A stretch of DNA of 64,000 nt from Elsinoe ampelina (Eukaryota). This document shows, one piece after another, positions 23,642 to 36,716 of this stretch. Each line of letters opens with the position of its first letter. Position 1 is the first letter of the stretch. The stretch is taken from assembly GCA_010093995.1 (NCBI GenBank), contig ML992512.1, positions 281,736-345,735 of the forward strand, read 5' to 3'. Under the pieces are notes generated by a model. That model ran no database searches and had not been told where the DNA came from. It saw nothing but the letters and a program-made list of their open reading frames with translations. A program made the position numbers and the translations under genes.

Positions 23642-26467
23642 ATGCCTCGCCGTATCGCCCGTTCAAACACCACCTCCGCCACCCCCGCCAAATCGAGCAG
23701 AAAAAAGACCCAGAAGTCGCAGAAACGGGCACTGAACGCCTTCACCGCCGCACAGCATGTTGTAGAAGATAAGGCGAAGTTCCGATCACACAGAGTGGGT
23801 GAGATTGAGAATACAGAACGTGGAGCGAAGAGGCGGAGAGCCGGTTCTGGCGATGAAGAGGAGGAGGAAGAAGATGAAGGAAGAGATGCGAAGCGGAACA
23901 AAGGCGACGACTCGGATCACGGAAGTGATAGTTCTGGGAACGAGTGGCGGATAGGAGGGGAGATTGGGGAAGACTCGGACAGTGATCTGGACAGTGATGA
24001 AGCTTTTGGGGAGAGTGATGAGGAGAGATTTGAAGGGTTCACATTCCGAGGAAGCTCAGCTATGGAGTCTGGAAAGAAGAAGAAAAGGAGGGTCGCCAAG
24101 AAGCCGCCAGGCGGTAGTGACGGAGAGATGGACCTGGACGAGTCTGAGGAGGAAGACGAGGAACAGGATGACTTTGGCGATGAAGGCGTTGACCTGGCTA
24201 CTATGCTCGACCAACCTGCCTCGAGCGAGGAGGATGAGGATGAGGATAGTGGCTCCGAGGCAGACAGCGAGTCCGATGCGGCATCCGACACCTCTGCCTC
24301 GTCACATGGATCCTCCTCAGCAGCCAAGATCTCCAAATTGCAAGATCTCGTGGCGTCACTAGAGCCCAAGCAGACCACGAAGTCTCAGACAGCGGATGTC
24401 CACGAGTCACTAGCTCCCTCGGACTATGCTCTCACTTCGAAGCAGAAACTTGCCATCTCAGACTTACTTCCTACCGTCACAGACCCAGCACTACGGAAAT
24501 CTCTCAAATCCTTGACCTCGACCAAGCCTTCTAAAGGCACAAAGCTCTCAGCTCCTCTCCCTGCGCGACAACAGGCCAAACTGGATCGTTCTGTAGCGCT
24601 CGCTAAAGCGAAGGAAGAGCTAGACAAGTGGCAGGATACTGTCATACACAACAGACGAGCAGAGCACTTATCTTTCCCTCTGGCGGATCCAACAAAGTCT
24701 GCCCCTGTCGGTGAGAATCAGCTTGTGGGTATCAATGAGGACACTCCTGCGAACGAGCTCGAAGGCGCCATCCGGAGCATTCTCGAGGAGAGCGGGCTCG
24801 CATCGGCCAAGAAAGACGAAGAAGAAGACCGCATCCGACGTGGCGAAGAATTGGCAATGAAGGAGGTTCCGCTTGATGAAGTTCTCGCGCGCCGAGCAGC
24901 ATTGAGGAAAGCACGCGAGTTGTTGTTCCGCGAGGAGATCAAGGCGAAGCGAATCAGCAAGATTAAGAGCAAGAGCTATAGACGGGTGCATAGGAAGGAG
25001 CGGGAAAGGGACGAGGAGAGGCGGCGGGAGATCATGGGTGATGATGAGGGTGAGGATGAGAGGGAGAAGAGGGATAGGATCAGAGCAATGGAGAGAATGG
25101 GTGGAAGGCACAGAGAGAGCAAATGGGCCAAGGGAATGAAGAAGGCAGGCAGGACTGTCTGGGATGACGATGCGAGAGAGGGTGTAGTGGACATGGCGAG
25201 ACGGAATGAGGAGCTCAGGAGAAGGATGGAGGGTAAAGAAGGCAGTGACGAGAGCGAAAGTGAGGAGGAGGCCGATTCGGATGAGGGTAGTGAGGAAGAG
25301 AGGGATAGACTGGGTAGGCAGCTGAGCAGGCTAGAGGAAGATGATGCGGAGAGCCGAAAAGGCCTGGGTAATATGGCCTTCATGAAGCGGGCAGATGCAG
25401 CGAGGAAGGCACAGAACGAGCAGACAATCCGTGAGCTTCGCAAGGATTTGGACGGTGGTGATGGCTCGGAGGAGGAGTTTGATGCAGACACGACGGTTGG
25501 TAGGCAGATTTTCGGACCGAAGCCTACAGAGGCACCTCGTCAAAAGCAGAAAGTGGTCAAGAATGTCCTTGAAGAGCCAGAGTCCGGAGACGAAGAACAG
25601 GATGAGGACGCAGAGATCATCACTGAACGAGGGCAGCCGTCCCGGCCACAGGCATCGAAGAAGGCATCCTCCCAACCGCTATCGAATGGGCATGTTGGCA
25701 AGGCTCAGAAGCAGGTCGACGCCACAACAACGGACGACATTGACGCATGGATGACAGCAAAGACTGGCAGTGGAAAAGACAAGAAACGAGCTGCTGCGCA
25801 AGAGTACATCCCTTCACCAGCAAAAGCCGCCACCCCAGCAGTCAACGGCAACACCAAATTGTCCTCCAAGCAGAAGCCATCCCTAGACAAGTCCACCAAC
25901 ACTCAACTCCCTGCCCCTTCAACCCTCACCACCCTCCCCGACCCCGACTCCGCCTCCGACCCCGAAACCACCGACCCCATCCTCACCCCCGCCCAACAAC
26001 AACAACTCTACCACGCCCGCGCCTTCGCCGGCGACGACGTCCTCCCGGCCTTCACCACCGAAAAATCCCTCCTCGCCGCCTCCGAAGACGAGCAAGAAAC
26101 CTCCACCCACCTCCCCGGCTGGGGTTCCTGGACCGGCACCGGCCTCTCCAAATCCGTGCGGCGCCAGAACGCAAAACAGAAACACAACCCTCTATTCAAG
26201 ACCAAAGTCGACGGGGTGCGGCAGGCCGATCGCAAGGATGCAAAGCTGAAGAACGTGATCATCAGTGAGCGGCAGGAGAGGAAGGGGAGGAAGTACCTGG
26301 CCACGCAACTGCCGCATGAGTTTGAGAGGAAGGAGCAGTATGAGCGCAGTTTGAGGGTGCCGTTGGGGCCCGAGTGGGTTACGAAGGAGACGTTTCAGAG
26401 GGGGACGAGGCCGAGGGTGGTGGTTAAGCAGGGGGTGGTGGGGGAGATTGAGAGGCCGCTTTTGTAG
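23642..26467 (+). CDS. UTP14: U3 snoRNP/SSU processome protein Utp14
   Basis: KRISKIKSKSYRRV, LPGWGSWTG, QYERSLRVPLGPEW; acidic N-terminus. Confidence 0.93.
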   Translation: MPRRIARSNTTSATPAKSSRKKTQKSQKRALNAFTAAQHVVEDKAKFRSHRVGEIENTERGAKRRRAGSGDEEEEEEDEGRDAKRNKGDDSDHGSDSSGNEWRIGGEIGEDSDSDLDSDEAFGESDEERFEGFTFRGSSAMESGKKKKRRVAKKPPGGSDGEMDLDESEEEDEEQDDFGDEGVDLATMLDQPASSEEDEDEDSGSEADSESDAASDTSASSHGSSSAAKISKLQDLVASLEPKQTTKSQTADVHESLAPSDYALTSKQKLAISDLLPTVTDPALRKSLKSLTSTKPSKGTKLSAPLPARQQAKLDRSVALAKAKEELDKWQDTVIHNRRAEHLSFPLADPTKSAPVGENQLVGINEDTPANELEGAIRSILEESGLASAKKDEEEDRIRRGEELAMKEVPLDEVLARRAALRKARELLFREEIKAKRISKIKSKSYRRVHRKERERDEERRREIMGDDEGEDEREKRDRIRAMERMGGRHRESKWAKGMKKAGRTVWDDDAREGVVDMARRNEELRRRMEGKEGSDESESEEEADSDEGSEEERDRLGRQLSRLEEDDAESRKGLGNMAFMKRADAARKAQNEQTIRELRKDLDGGDGSEEEFDADTTVGRQIFGPKPTEAPRQKQKVVKNVLEEPESGDEEQDEDAEIITERGQPSRPQASKKASSQPLSNGHVGKAQKQVDATTTDDIDAWMTAKTGSGKDKKRAAAQEYIPSPAKAATPAVNGNTKLSSKQKPSLDKSTNTQLPAPSTLTTLPDPDSASDPETTDPILTPAQQQQLYHARAFAGDDVLPAFTTEKSLLAASEDEQETSTHLPGWGSWTGTGLSKSVRRQNAKQKHNPLFKTKVDGVRQADRKDAKLKNVIISERQERKGRKYLATQLPHEFERKEQYERSLRVPLGPEWVTKETFQRGTRPRVVVKQGVVGEIERPLL

Positions 26468-27080
26468 GGGTAGACCAGATCGGGTTGTAGATGGTGGCAA
26501 TGTCATGGACTACAGCTCTGTCGTGTGCCTGTTTGAGCATTTCTGTGTGCAAGGCAGTGTCGCCCAAGGCCGCCCTCGCAGGCTGGGGGAAAGGTGTGGG
26601 GGGATGTGAAAGCATGTCTTAAGCTTGTGGAAAAGGATGCTGCTTTGGGAGAGGCGGCACCAAAAGTAACATTCGATTCGCTCTGTTGCGTCTCGCTAGC
26701 GCTGCAGTATACTGTATGGTAGGTTCTGGTCCATGAGAGTTAATCAAGTTCTATGCAGAGAGTCACGCGCCATGCCTAGTCTTCCAGTAGCAAGTTGAGC
26801 AAATTCAGGGATAATCAGGGGAAATGCTCTCATTCATCCACTGGTTCAATCCAAAGAATCACAATCTCATCACTCGACCCTAAAGCCAGAAGCCAGAATT
26901 CCAGCTCTTGCCCGCCCTCGACTCCCGCCACGCAACCTCCTCGCCCTCTCACATGCACCCCGTCCTCCGTTCCGCTGCATTTACCCTTCCCCCAAACCCC
27001 TCCCTTGCTCCGGCACTACCAACCCCTGACCCTCCGCTCCTTCACCCACTTTCCCCCGCCCCGCAACCGACCACAACCCT

Positions 27081-27803
27081 CTACCCCAAAACCCCCCATA
27101 TCCAAACCCCAACCAGCACCCCTCTCCCAGGGTACCCAACCGACCACCACCTGGCCCTCTCGGCACCACTCCTCCACCCCCTCTCGACCTGCTCGCGCGA
27201 CTGCGCTAGGTACCGCTCGTTCGTCCACTCCTTGGCTTTGGGGCCGGAGACTTGTTTCGTCGTGAGGAGGAAGTGTTTCGATGCTGCCATTTCGGCGAGG
27301 TAGGCTTTGAGGGCCGGGTCGGGTTGGGTGTGTGGGGGTGTGGATAGGGGGTGGTCCGGGGGGTGGTCCGGGGGATTGTCTAGAGGATCGTTCGGGGGTT
27401 GTTCCAGGGGGTTGTCCAGGGGAAGAGTGTCCAGAGCAAAAGCGGACCCGTCGGGTCTGGAGGGTGCGGCTTTGCGGACGAGGTTGGCCCTGTGTTTAGG
27501 GGGAGTTTGGCGTGCGGGAATGAAACTGGGGGCTGCTATGAAGGCGAGAAATTGAGGGATCGTGGAGGGTAGAGCTGAAAGGTCGAGGAGGTCGTCGAGT
27601 TCGGAGGTTGGGGACGGGACGAGATTGATGAGCGGCTCTGATGCTGGCGGCATAGGTACATGAGTAAGGGTACCATTGTGCTGTGGGGTGGACGTCTCGC
27701 TGAGCTCGAGGGCTGTATCAAGGGCTCGAGCGCCTGGTATTGTCGTTGCCATGGCAAGAGATATGGTGATGTTGACGAGGAGTGCTTGCGCGGTGATATG
27801 CAT
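27081..27803 (-). CDS. Hypothetical Pro-rich, possibly secreted protein
   Basis: ORF of ~240 aa with hydrophobic N-terminus (MHITAQALLVNITISLAMA) and P-x-D-N/H-P repeats. No recognisable domain; 3' end uncertain. Confidence 0.4.
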   Translation of the reverse strand: MHITAQALLVNITISLAMATTIPGARALDTALELSETSTPQHNGTLTHVPMPPASEPLINLVPSPTSELDDLLDLSALPSTIPQFLAFIAAPSFIPARQTPPKHRANLVRKAAPSRPDGSAFALDTLPLDNPLEQPPNDPLDNPPDHPPDHPLSTPPHTQPDPALKAYLAEMAASKHFLLTTKQVSGPKAKEWTNERYLAQSREQVERGWRSGAERARWWSVGYPGRGVLVGVWIWGVLG

Positions 27804-28405
27804 GGTTGGTGGCTGGTGGGTAATCGGCACTTGGTTTGTGATGGTCCTGGTTCGAAGAGGTTGCTAGGGCTCCGAGGTGGCATGTCATGCATTGTATATG
27901 CTGCTCAGCAAGACTCGGGTCTCCATAAAAAAGGACATCTTGAGAGTTCCGAGCTTGCTAGTATAGAGCTAAAGCTTACGAACATGCTTTTGCTCACCGG
28001 ATGCTGTTGCAAATTCTCATGCCCACTTGAGCAGCCTGTTGAGAAAGCATTTGTTGGGCTCCTCGCGGGAGACTGGATAGCGCTTCCTGCTCGGCAGATG
28101 CACACCATGACAGTCAGGTCATGGCTGTGCTAAGTTATTCGAATGGTCGCCGAATTTCTGTCAACACTCTCGTGTGCGTACGCACGACTGTTTTGGGACC
28201 ACAGTGAATAACTGTGTATTGGGAGCGACACATTATAGATGTTGACTAGTGCATACTTGTCTACTTGTTCATCAGTACAGCAATCGACATTCCGACAATT
28301 GAGAGAAGAAGTGCGACTCCTTATTTGACATGCAAATGCTCTCTGCTCACGTAGTACGCCCTTGAACGTCGGACGATCAGTCGAGCCAGACCCAAGACGA
28401 GCGAA

Positions 28406-28612
28406 TCAAGTCGATGGCAAGCTCTCCTGAGTGTCAACAGGGCTAGGTACGGCGACCTCTTCGAGCTCAGCAGCGGTGAATGGGAGCATGTTGTCTAGCT
28501 GCTCGACCGATGTCCCGGATATGTCTTGGTCCGTATCAACCACCCCTTGGACTACAAGAGCAGTGATGAGAGAGCAACTGGCCAAGGTCCCTAGGGTCAA
28601 GCAGAGCCGCAT
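28406..28612 (-). CDS. Possible small secreted acidic peptide
   Basis: MRLCLTLGTLASCSLITALVV looks like a signal peptide; only 68 aa. Confidence 0.3.
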   Translation of the reverse strand: MRLCLTLGTLASCSLITALVVQGVVDTDQDISGTSVEQLDNMLPFTAAELEEVAVPSPVDTQESLPST

Positions 28613-28915
28613 TTGTATAGATGAAGGCCCAGCTGGTGATTTGTATGTCAGAAACGCTTCGTGGCGGAAGGACAATCTCCTGGATCTTATACTATCCATT
28701 GTGCCTCGCTTGGCTAGGCACATGAGCCCGATATCGCAACGTCTCAACCTACACTGGCCATGCCGTGATTGAGTATTCTGGCATTCGCCGTACCTACGCA
28801 GCATGGCTATCGAAATCCTGCATGATCACGACCAGGTCCGAACGTATGTTTGGCTGAGCCATTACTGTACAGTCGTTGTATAACCCGAATCTATAGAGTA
28901 AATAGCCAGATCCAA

Positions 28916-30213
28916 TCAGAGCTTACTCTTACCAATGGCCCACACCTCTGCCCCCGGATTCTTTGCCTTTGGCGCTGCAGCAGCATTCGAGCCAACTTGT
29001 ACGTTCTCCGCAGACTTGCCCGCAATCTGACCATGCGGTACTTCATCGACTATCAAGCTCTGGGTCTTCTGCAGGGCCTCGATAGCTTCGCGCTCAATGC
29101 GCTTCACCAGCTCGTCGCAGGTGGGGATATCGTGGATGAGGCCCATGACCTGGCCTGCAGTCCATACCTGTTCAGGGGGTTAGCATTTGATAGTCTGTGG
29201 GGAGACGCACCCCGCTGCGGAGGTGCGGGGTGTGAGGGAATTATGTGCTTACACCGAACTCCGGGTCGCCATTCTCAAAGACCTGGCGACCTCGCTTGCC
29301 GCTCACTAGGGGGGCGATTTCCTCGAACTTGCCGGTCTTGCTCTCGCGCTCGATCTTGATCGTGTCCTTTGTCACTTGGTTCTTGTACAGTCGGGTTGTG
29401 TTTGTCCATCTCCGCATGACCAGCTCTGTGTCCGACTCTTGCGCATTGACAATGGCTTCCTTGATCTTTTGGTGAATTGGTGCTTCGATTGTGCACATGA
29501 AGCGCGTGCCCATGTTGATGCCCTCTGCGCCGAGGTTGAGTGCCGCGGCCAGACCTTGACCATCTGCAAAGCCACCGGAGGCGATGAAGGGAATCGGAAC
29601 TGATTGGCGGGCTCTCGACAGAAGGATGAAGTTTGTGATGTCGGACTCGCCGACGTGACCGGCGCATTCGAAGCCGTCGATGGAGAGGAAGTCTACGCCC
29701 AGCTTCACCGCGCTCATGGCGTGCCTGATGGTTGTGCATTTGTGGAGAATGACGCATGGTGGGTCAGCGGCCTTGAGCATCTTGATGACAGGTCCTGGAC
29801 TGTTTCCTGCGGTCTCGACGATTCGGATGCCCTCCTCGATGATGACACGGGCGTAGGCTGGGTAATCTGGCGGGTTCAGGGAGGGAAGGAGGGTGAGGTT
29901 AACACCGAACGGCTTGTCGGTCATTTTGCGGCATCTTCGGATCTCCTTGCGAAGGTCTTCTGGTGTTGGTTGTGTAAGGGCTGTGAGCTGGGCTTGATTA
30001 GTGTTGTGTTGATTGCTCAAGATACGAGAGTCGTACAAGACCGAGGCCACCAGCATTACTGACGGCTGATGCTAGCTCTGCAAAGCCAACCCATTGCATG
30101 CCACCCTGTACCACAGGGACTATTTGGCTTGTTAGTCTTCATATCAGGAGGCTTTGAGTTTCTGACTTGCTCTTGATGCCGAGGGCTCTCGTGAGGGCGG
30201 TGTTGAAAGGCAT
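28916..30213 (-). CDS. Nitronate monooxygenase (2-nitropropane dioxygenase) family flavoprotein
   Basis: IPVVQGGMQWVG, SNAGGLG, DGFECAGH, IASGGFADG, GINMGTRF, WTAGQVMGLI. Three introns, the first GC-AG (30170-30120). Confidence 0.92.
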
Positions 30214-31101
30214 GGTCGCGGTATAGGTCTATGGTTGGGTGGTTTATTAGATTGGGAGGCAGTTGAAGAAGAGAAATGTGAATGAATGATCAAATTGAAG
30301 ATGCACAAACAGAACAATGATCACTCATCTGGCCATGAGGGTATGGTTACGCCCGAAAGTCTGGATGTTCTCCGCATCCTTCTCCAATTGCCTCGGCTCT
30401 TGCCAGAACGGTTTGGTCACATGTTGACGAATGCGGCTCTTTCTGGTCCTCTTATATGGTCGCTTACATCTCACCATCCTTCTTCACAACGATAGGGAAG
30501 ATATCCTTGCGGCCGGCGTCGTACGCATCGCTGTCACGGTGGCATGGTCAACATTCCCGCCTCCGGCACCGCCGATCCTGCTGCAGCGTGGAACGCGGGT
30601 TTGACGACCTCCTTGTACATCAAGCACTTGCTCTTCGTTCAACATGCTTGCGACGTCGCTTCTAGGCCCGCCTGTGATACCAGGACACACGAGCCACGAC
30701 CAAGCTGACAGCTCTGTGGACTGCATATTGACAGCCACTGCCGGACGCAGCCGAATCTTGCTTTCAATCTCCACCAGCAGATTGATTGTCAGGACTTCTA
30801 GCGTAATCTACATCCCCGTCCGATTACTCTTTCCGGCCCAATGGTCGCCTGGTTTGAGTCGATGAGAGCCAATGCTTCGTTAAAATACTACCTAATCCTG
30901 CTCAACGAGTGTTGGAATTGTTGAATCAATTGGCAAGAGAAGCCCTAAACATAAGCTGAGTATTGATTATCTTGCCTTGACCTCGTATCATTCATGAGTA
31001 TATATTCCGAGAGTTGTTCAGGTGGCAGAGGTAGGTCATTCACAGCCACGACATCTCTCTTCCAAATTGTCGTCAGACAAACCCAAGACACATTCAACGT
31101 C

Positions 31102-31512
31102 ATGTTCTCGACTCTGTTGGCACTAGCTGCCTCAATCTCCCTGTCAGCAGCAGCGCCAACAGCATACACAACAGGACCGCCGACCGCGGCGGTCGACTGG
31201 TATCAGGGACAGCTTAGCTTCGAGGGCGACTATCTCAGCACAACGGCCGGCTCATGCGGGATCAAAGTAGCCAGCGGTAGCTTGACCGGCGATGTCTGCA
31301 ACAATTTCAAAGTGCTTGGTCTCGGCATCCATCAACGGGCTGACAAGACATGCAAGCTCAAAATGTGGAAGGACGTGACAACATGCGATGGTGACGGTTC
31401 ATGGATTGAGATTGTCATTCCAAAGGGCAACCAGACGACGTGCATCAGGACCGGCGTACTAGATGGTGGGAGGTTCTACAAGGCCTCTGGGGTATACAGC
31501 TGCTTCGACTAG
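31102..31512 (+). CDS. Small secreted cysteine-rich protein (136 aa, 6 Cys)
   Basis: Signal peptide MFSTLLALAASISLSAAAP; six Cys; intronless. Confidence 0.75.
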   Translation: MFSTLLALAASISLSAAAPTAYTTGPPTAAVDWYQGQLSFEGDYLSTTAGSCGIKVASGSLTGDVCNNFKVLGLGIHQRADKTCKLKMWKDVTTCDGDGSWIEIVIPKGNQTTCIRTGVLDGGRFYKASGVYSCFD

Positions 31513-32821
31513 CTGTTGTCCTTGTTTGGTACCGGCTGGTGTATTCATTTCGTGTAAGCTAGAATTCAGTCAACAGTTCATCGTGGACGTTTCGTCGGTA
31601 AGAGATCCGCGACGCGCCCCGTTACCAGCCATCGTTTACCCACATTCCAGGATCAAATCGTACCATGACCGTTCGTGAACTCCTTGTGATGATTCTCCCG
31701 GCTAAAGAGAAGGCTGAAGCAGAGCTGAGCACGGATGCTGACCTCCCACGCTTCCCAGCAAATCTCAGAATAGGAACGGGACGGGGCGGCGCATGATCTG
31801 CAGATAAACCGCCTTGTGCCTCGTCGAGAAATTTTCCAGGCGAGAGACGTTGACAGGGACCCTGGAGCTCAGCGGAAGTTGATGTCGGTGCGAGAGCTGA
31901 GACGTGCGGGATGGGCAAAAAAACCTCAGCCTGGCTCCGAGTCCCAACACTTGACAGCGCCGACGAGACTCTGGGGAAAGGTCCCAATCAACCCAAGGGA
32001 CGATCCCCGGATTGTTGGGTGAAGAAATACCACCGAGACCGGCTGCGAGCGCTTCTGCAAAGGATCCCTGTACATGCATAATCGCTCCGATTGTGAGCTC
32101 CTCTTGATCCACAGTATTGTGAGACCCCGCGCGGAGACGGCTCGTCAAAGATCGTCTCCAGACAGAGGGACAAATGCTAGTTTGAAAGAGATGCAGACGA
32201 TGGATGCCAGCCAGTCCGGTGGGATTTTGTACGGTGGAAAGGCTGCCGAGTGGGATTTTCAAGCCCCAAGCTATGGCCATGACAAAGGCCGCCAGAGGCC
32301 AATGCCTGCGTCTCTGATCTGTTGAGACGTCATTTTGGTGTTTGATGGGCCAGCCCTGCGTCTGGATGGTCGAGCTAGATACTTGCAGTCCACTGTCCAT
32401 AGTCGGTTCACGGCTTCACAAGAGTCAGTGGCAGCCAATTCGTGTGTGATCAGAAACATAAACCTACCTCCAGCCTCTTCGCGTCCTTTTTCCATCCCAC
32501 CTCACGCCCACTCTCCACGCAACGGTGTACAATCTCGCGTCTGGTTGGCAAAAGTTTGCTTTGACGCCAGAAAATCATCTCCGCACCAGCCCTCTCGACC
32601 TTCTCCGCAAAACGTCGTCGCCGAGCTCCAAAACGGCCGACACCTTTCTGCTCCCACCTCCCACTCTTTCATCACTCTGCGTAAAAGAGCCCGAGCTCCC
32701 TCATTAGTCGCGATTTTTCCTTTTCCTCGGCCAGAGCTGTTCACCGACTGTCGCATTCGGTCTTGTGCTTGTCAAAGCACGGCAGCTTTGCTCTCACATT
32801 ACTACCCTAATCAATCACATC

Positions 32822-35130
32822 ATGTCCAAGCGAGACGTGCAGAACCATGTCCTCTTTGAGGTCGCAACAGAGGTCGCCAATCGAGGTTCGTTCAGCACAC
32901 CGCTCCAAGGTAACCATTTGCTGACTGTAACCAGTCGGCGGTATCTACTCGGTCCTCAAATCAAAAGCTCAAGTCACGACCGCAGAGTATGGCTCGGCCT
33001 ACACCCTGCTCGGCCCTTGGAACAGGGCGTCGGTATGTCATCAGCGACAGCCATTGATCCACCAAAACTGATCCAATTCACCAGGCGCAAGTCGAAGTCG
33101 AAGAGCTTGAGCCTCGAGATCCTGCAATGATCGCTACGATCAAATCCATGAACGAGCGAGGAATCCAAACACTCTACGGTAGATGGTTGATCGATGGTGC
33201 ACCAAGAGTATTACTCTTCGATACCGGCACTGGATACTATAAGCTCGACGAGTGGAAGGGCGACCTGTGGTCAATCGCAGGCATTCCCTCGCCAGCTGAT
33301 GACCATGAGACAAACGAGGCCATTGTCTTCGGCTACCTCATTGCATGGTTCTTGGGAGAGGTGAGACCAGCAAAACGGTAATCGCAACTCTGACTGACAT
33401 GACGCAGTATGTCTACCACGAGAAGGAGCGCGCAGTAGTCGCTCAATTCCACGAATGGCTCGCCGGTGTTGCACTTCCTCTTTGCAAGAAGCGAAGAATT
33501 GACTGCACTACCATCTTCACGACTCACGCCACTCTCCTCGGTAGATATCTCTGCGCCGGTAACGTCGACTTTTACAACAACCTGCAATACTTTGATGTGG
33601 ATGCCGAAGCTGGCAAGAGAGGAATCTATCACAGATACTGCATAGAACGCGGTGCCGCTCATGCTGCTGATGTTTTCACGACTGTCTCACACATTACTGC
33701 CTACGAATCCGAACATCTCCTCAAGCGAAAGCCTGATGGAGTACTTCCTAATGGTCTCAACGTCAAGAAATTCTCAGCTACCCACGAGTTCCAAAACCTC
33801 CACCAAACCAGCAAGGAAAAGATTAACGATTTCGTCCGGGGACACTTTTACGGCCACAATGACTTTGATCCTGAGAAGACTCTCTACCTTTTCACTGCCG
33901 GTCGCTACGAGTACAGAAATAAGGGAGTCGACATGTTCATTGAATCACTAGCCCGACTGAATCATCGGATGAAACACGCCGGGTCAGACATGACGGTCGT
34001 CGCCTTTATCATTATGCCTGCTCAGACCACTTCTCTGGCAGTCGAAGCTCTCAAGGGGCAAGCGACTGTCAAAGCTCTCCACGATACTGTCAACTCGATC
34101 GAGAAGAACATTGGCCGCAAGCTGTTCGAGCGCTCGCTCAAGTGGCATGAAGGTCAGGAGCCTCCAGATGAGAAGGATTTGCTTTCGGCACAGGACAAGG
34201 TCATGCTTCGCCGACGTCTCTTCGCCATGAAGCGCAATACTCTCCCGCCCATCGTCACACACAACATGGTCAATGATGGCGAAGATCCGATTCTTAACCA
34301 GCTCCGCCGATGCCAGCTTTACAATCAGCCCAGCGATCGCGTCAAGGTCGTCTTCCATCCCGAATTCTTGTCGTCTGGTAACCCTGTGCTCCCAATGGAT
34401 TACGACGACTTCGTCCGCGGTACACACATGGGTGTCTTCTCATCCTACTACGAACCCTGGGGCTACACACCTGCTGAGTGCACCGTCATGGGTGTGCCCA
34501 GCATCACCACCAACTTGTCCGGCTTTGGTTGCTACATGGAGGAGTTGATCGAGAATGCGCAAGATTACGGTATCTACATTGTCGATCGCCGGAACAAGGG
34601 TGTCGAGGACAGCGTCAACCAATTGACCGAGTACATGTTCGAATTCACGAGGAAGAGCAGGCGACAAAGGATCAACCAGCGGAACAGGACTGAAAGACTG
34701 TCAGATCTGCTGGATTGGAAGAGAATGGGAATGGAATACGTCAAGGCTAGGCAACTCGCTCTGCGGAGAGCATACCCAGACTCCTACGAAGGTGGTGAGG
34801 AGCAAGCCTTCTTCGACGGCACCGAAGTCAAGATCACCCGTCCTCTGTCCGTACCAGGCTCGCCACGCGAGAGGTCGGGCATGATGACACCAGGTGACTT
34901 TGCTTCGATCCAAGAAGGACGCGAGGGTCTCAGCACCGAGGACTATATCGCATGGAAGCTCCCGTAAGTCACGACATCCAATTGCACAGTCACACTCACT
35001 AACACTTCACAGTGAAGAGGAAGATCCAGAAGAATACCCCTTCCCGCTCACCCTCAAGACCAAAAAGTCGTCCGGCGCAAGCACCCCGACAATGGTAAAT
35101 GGACATGATTCCGTCACCTCGGAGTCGTAA
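32822..35130 (+). CDS. GSY1: Glycogen synthase (GT3)
   Basis: [43 protein letters not shown] phosphosite tail. Introns 32886-32934, 33033-33084, 33361-33407, 34964-35012. Confidence 0.96.
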
Positions 35131-36043
35131 CCCACTCCGTTTATCATTATCAATTGTGTTTGACCGTGACTGACTGCGGATTTTGCAGGAGCGGTGAAGC
35201 CGATCCCCAGAATGTCCTAGACGGGAGACAAGATGGCGATGAAACAGAGGCAAGAAGAGTATGGAAACGATGAGTGCGAGCAAATAACGTACAGGTGCGA
35301 GAAAGGGAACAAAAAATGTCAACCTTGCATAGCAGTGTATGGGAGTTTTGATGCTTCTTTTTCAATTTGGAGGAACCTGATGACAGATTGCTGAGCTGCA
35401 AGGGACGAGAGAGGGGAGGGGAGTGCTGTATATCAATTTCTTTTCATATCAATGGTTGTCTCTGTACCTCAGCTTCCCATCATGTTTGTGCACATGTGAC
35501 GTGAAGTCCAAGTCCAAATTACCCCTGAGATGCGCCACCGGGACTTTCACAGCACTTGCCAACATATGCACGTCAGAGAACATTGACTCGCATCTTGTAC
35601 ATCTAGCGTAGCTCTTGGACGCGAGAGCACGTCTCTACTGTTTGTTTCGCTGGGCACATAGCAAGATGTCGCCATCCCTGAGCCCGAATACATCAAAACA
35701 GCCTGACCATACCATCACAATATCAGCACAAAACTCATGAGCAACATCAGGCATATCGACATCCACTCCGCCGTCAAGAGCTCAGTGACCCCGAGCTGCA
35801 CCCGAACGTTACCCCACCACAACCGAAACTTCACCCCCTCTCACCGCCTTCGCCACCATCTGCCACCCTCACACCGTCCCACTCCCGAGCAAAAATCGGG
35901 TCCCAACAGCCACATTTCCATGCCTATTCGCTCATTTGACGCTGTCCATGACCCAGCCGCCTTTCCGCCTTCCTCAGGCCTACCCTTGATCCAAACCCCC
36001 TTTCCACCAACCAAAAAATTGGCAAAAAGTTGAGATTTGCTCG

Positions 36044-36133
36044 TTCCGACACGGGGAATTGAACCCCGATCTCCCCGGCACTGTCAACGATGCGTTTGAG
36101 AGCGGGGTATACTAGCCTTTATACTATATCGGA
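36044..36133 (-). tRNA. tRNA-Glu(CTC) with canonical 18-nt intron (36079-36096)
   Basis: Acceptor TCCGATA/TGTCGGA, anticodon arm CCCCG-CT-CTC-A..C-CGGGG, T-arm CGGGG-TTCAATT-CCCCG, downstream T-run. Confidence 0.93.
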
Positions 36134-36716
36134 GAGTCGTAATGGGAAGCTTAATGGAAGCCAGGTTGTACTGGGCCATGGAGGAAGCTTCTTGGCGAGA
36201 GGGGCGGGTGGAAGTTTATATATACTCGGATTGGGGGGGAGTGGTCTTCGCGCTTGGAATGGAGCTGGAACCGGTGGATTAGAGAAGGTGAAAGGGGTAT
36301 GAAACTTGATGAGAAAGGGAGGAGGACTGGATGTAGTGTCGTGGTGGAGTTGAGGTAAGTGGTGATCGACGGCGAAATGTGACAGACAGGAGGACGAGGT
36401 TCCAGGCACTCCAGTTGGCAATTGTGAGCAGAAACCCGCTGGCAAGTTGCTTAGGGTGCCAGTGCTTCTGAAAGGTATTGCTCGGTCCAGAACACGGTGA
36501 CAATCCTGCCCGGCCCTCACGAGGAAGTACGGCGGCGAGGCACCAGTGCCTTCCATAGAGTAGGTACAGTAGTCCGGTCCGGAGTACCAGTTAGTCGAAT
36601 CCTGTCGCCATCCAATACTCCCGGAAGTCCAGTCAAGAAAAGAAGAGAGCCACAGTCAGACCCCATGATTTGCTCGCCCAAGCCGGGACAACAAGACCAG
36701 GCCACCTTTCTCATCC

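Noticed and set aside
36079..36096. Unusual intron in tRNA-Glu
   Set aside because: Canonical 37/38 position and size; no spliceosomal signals
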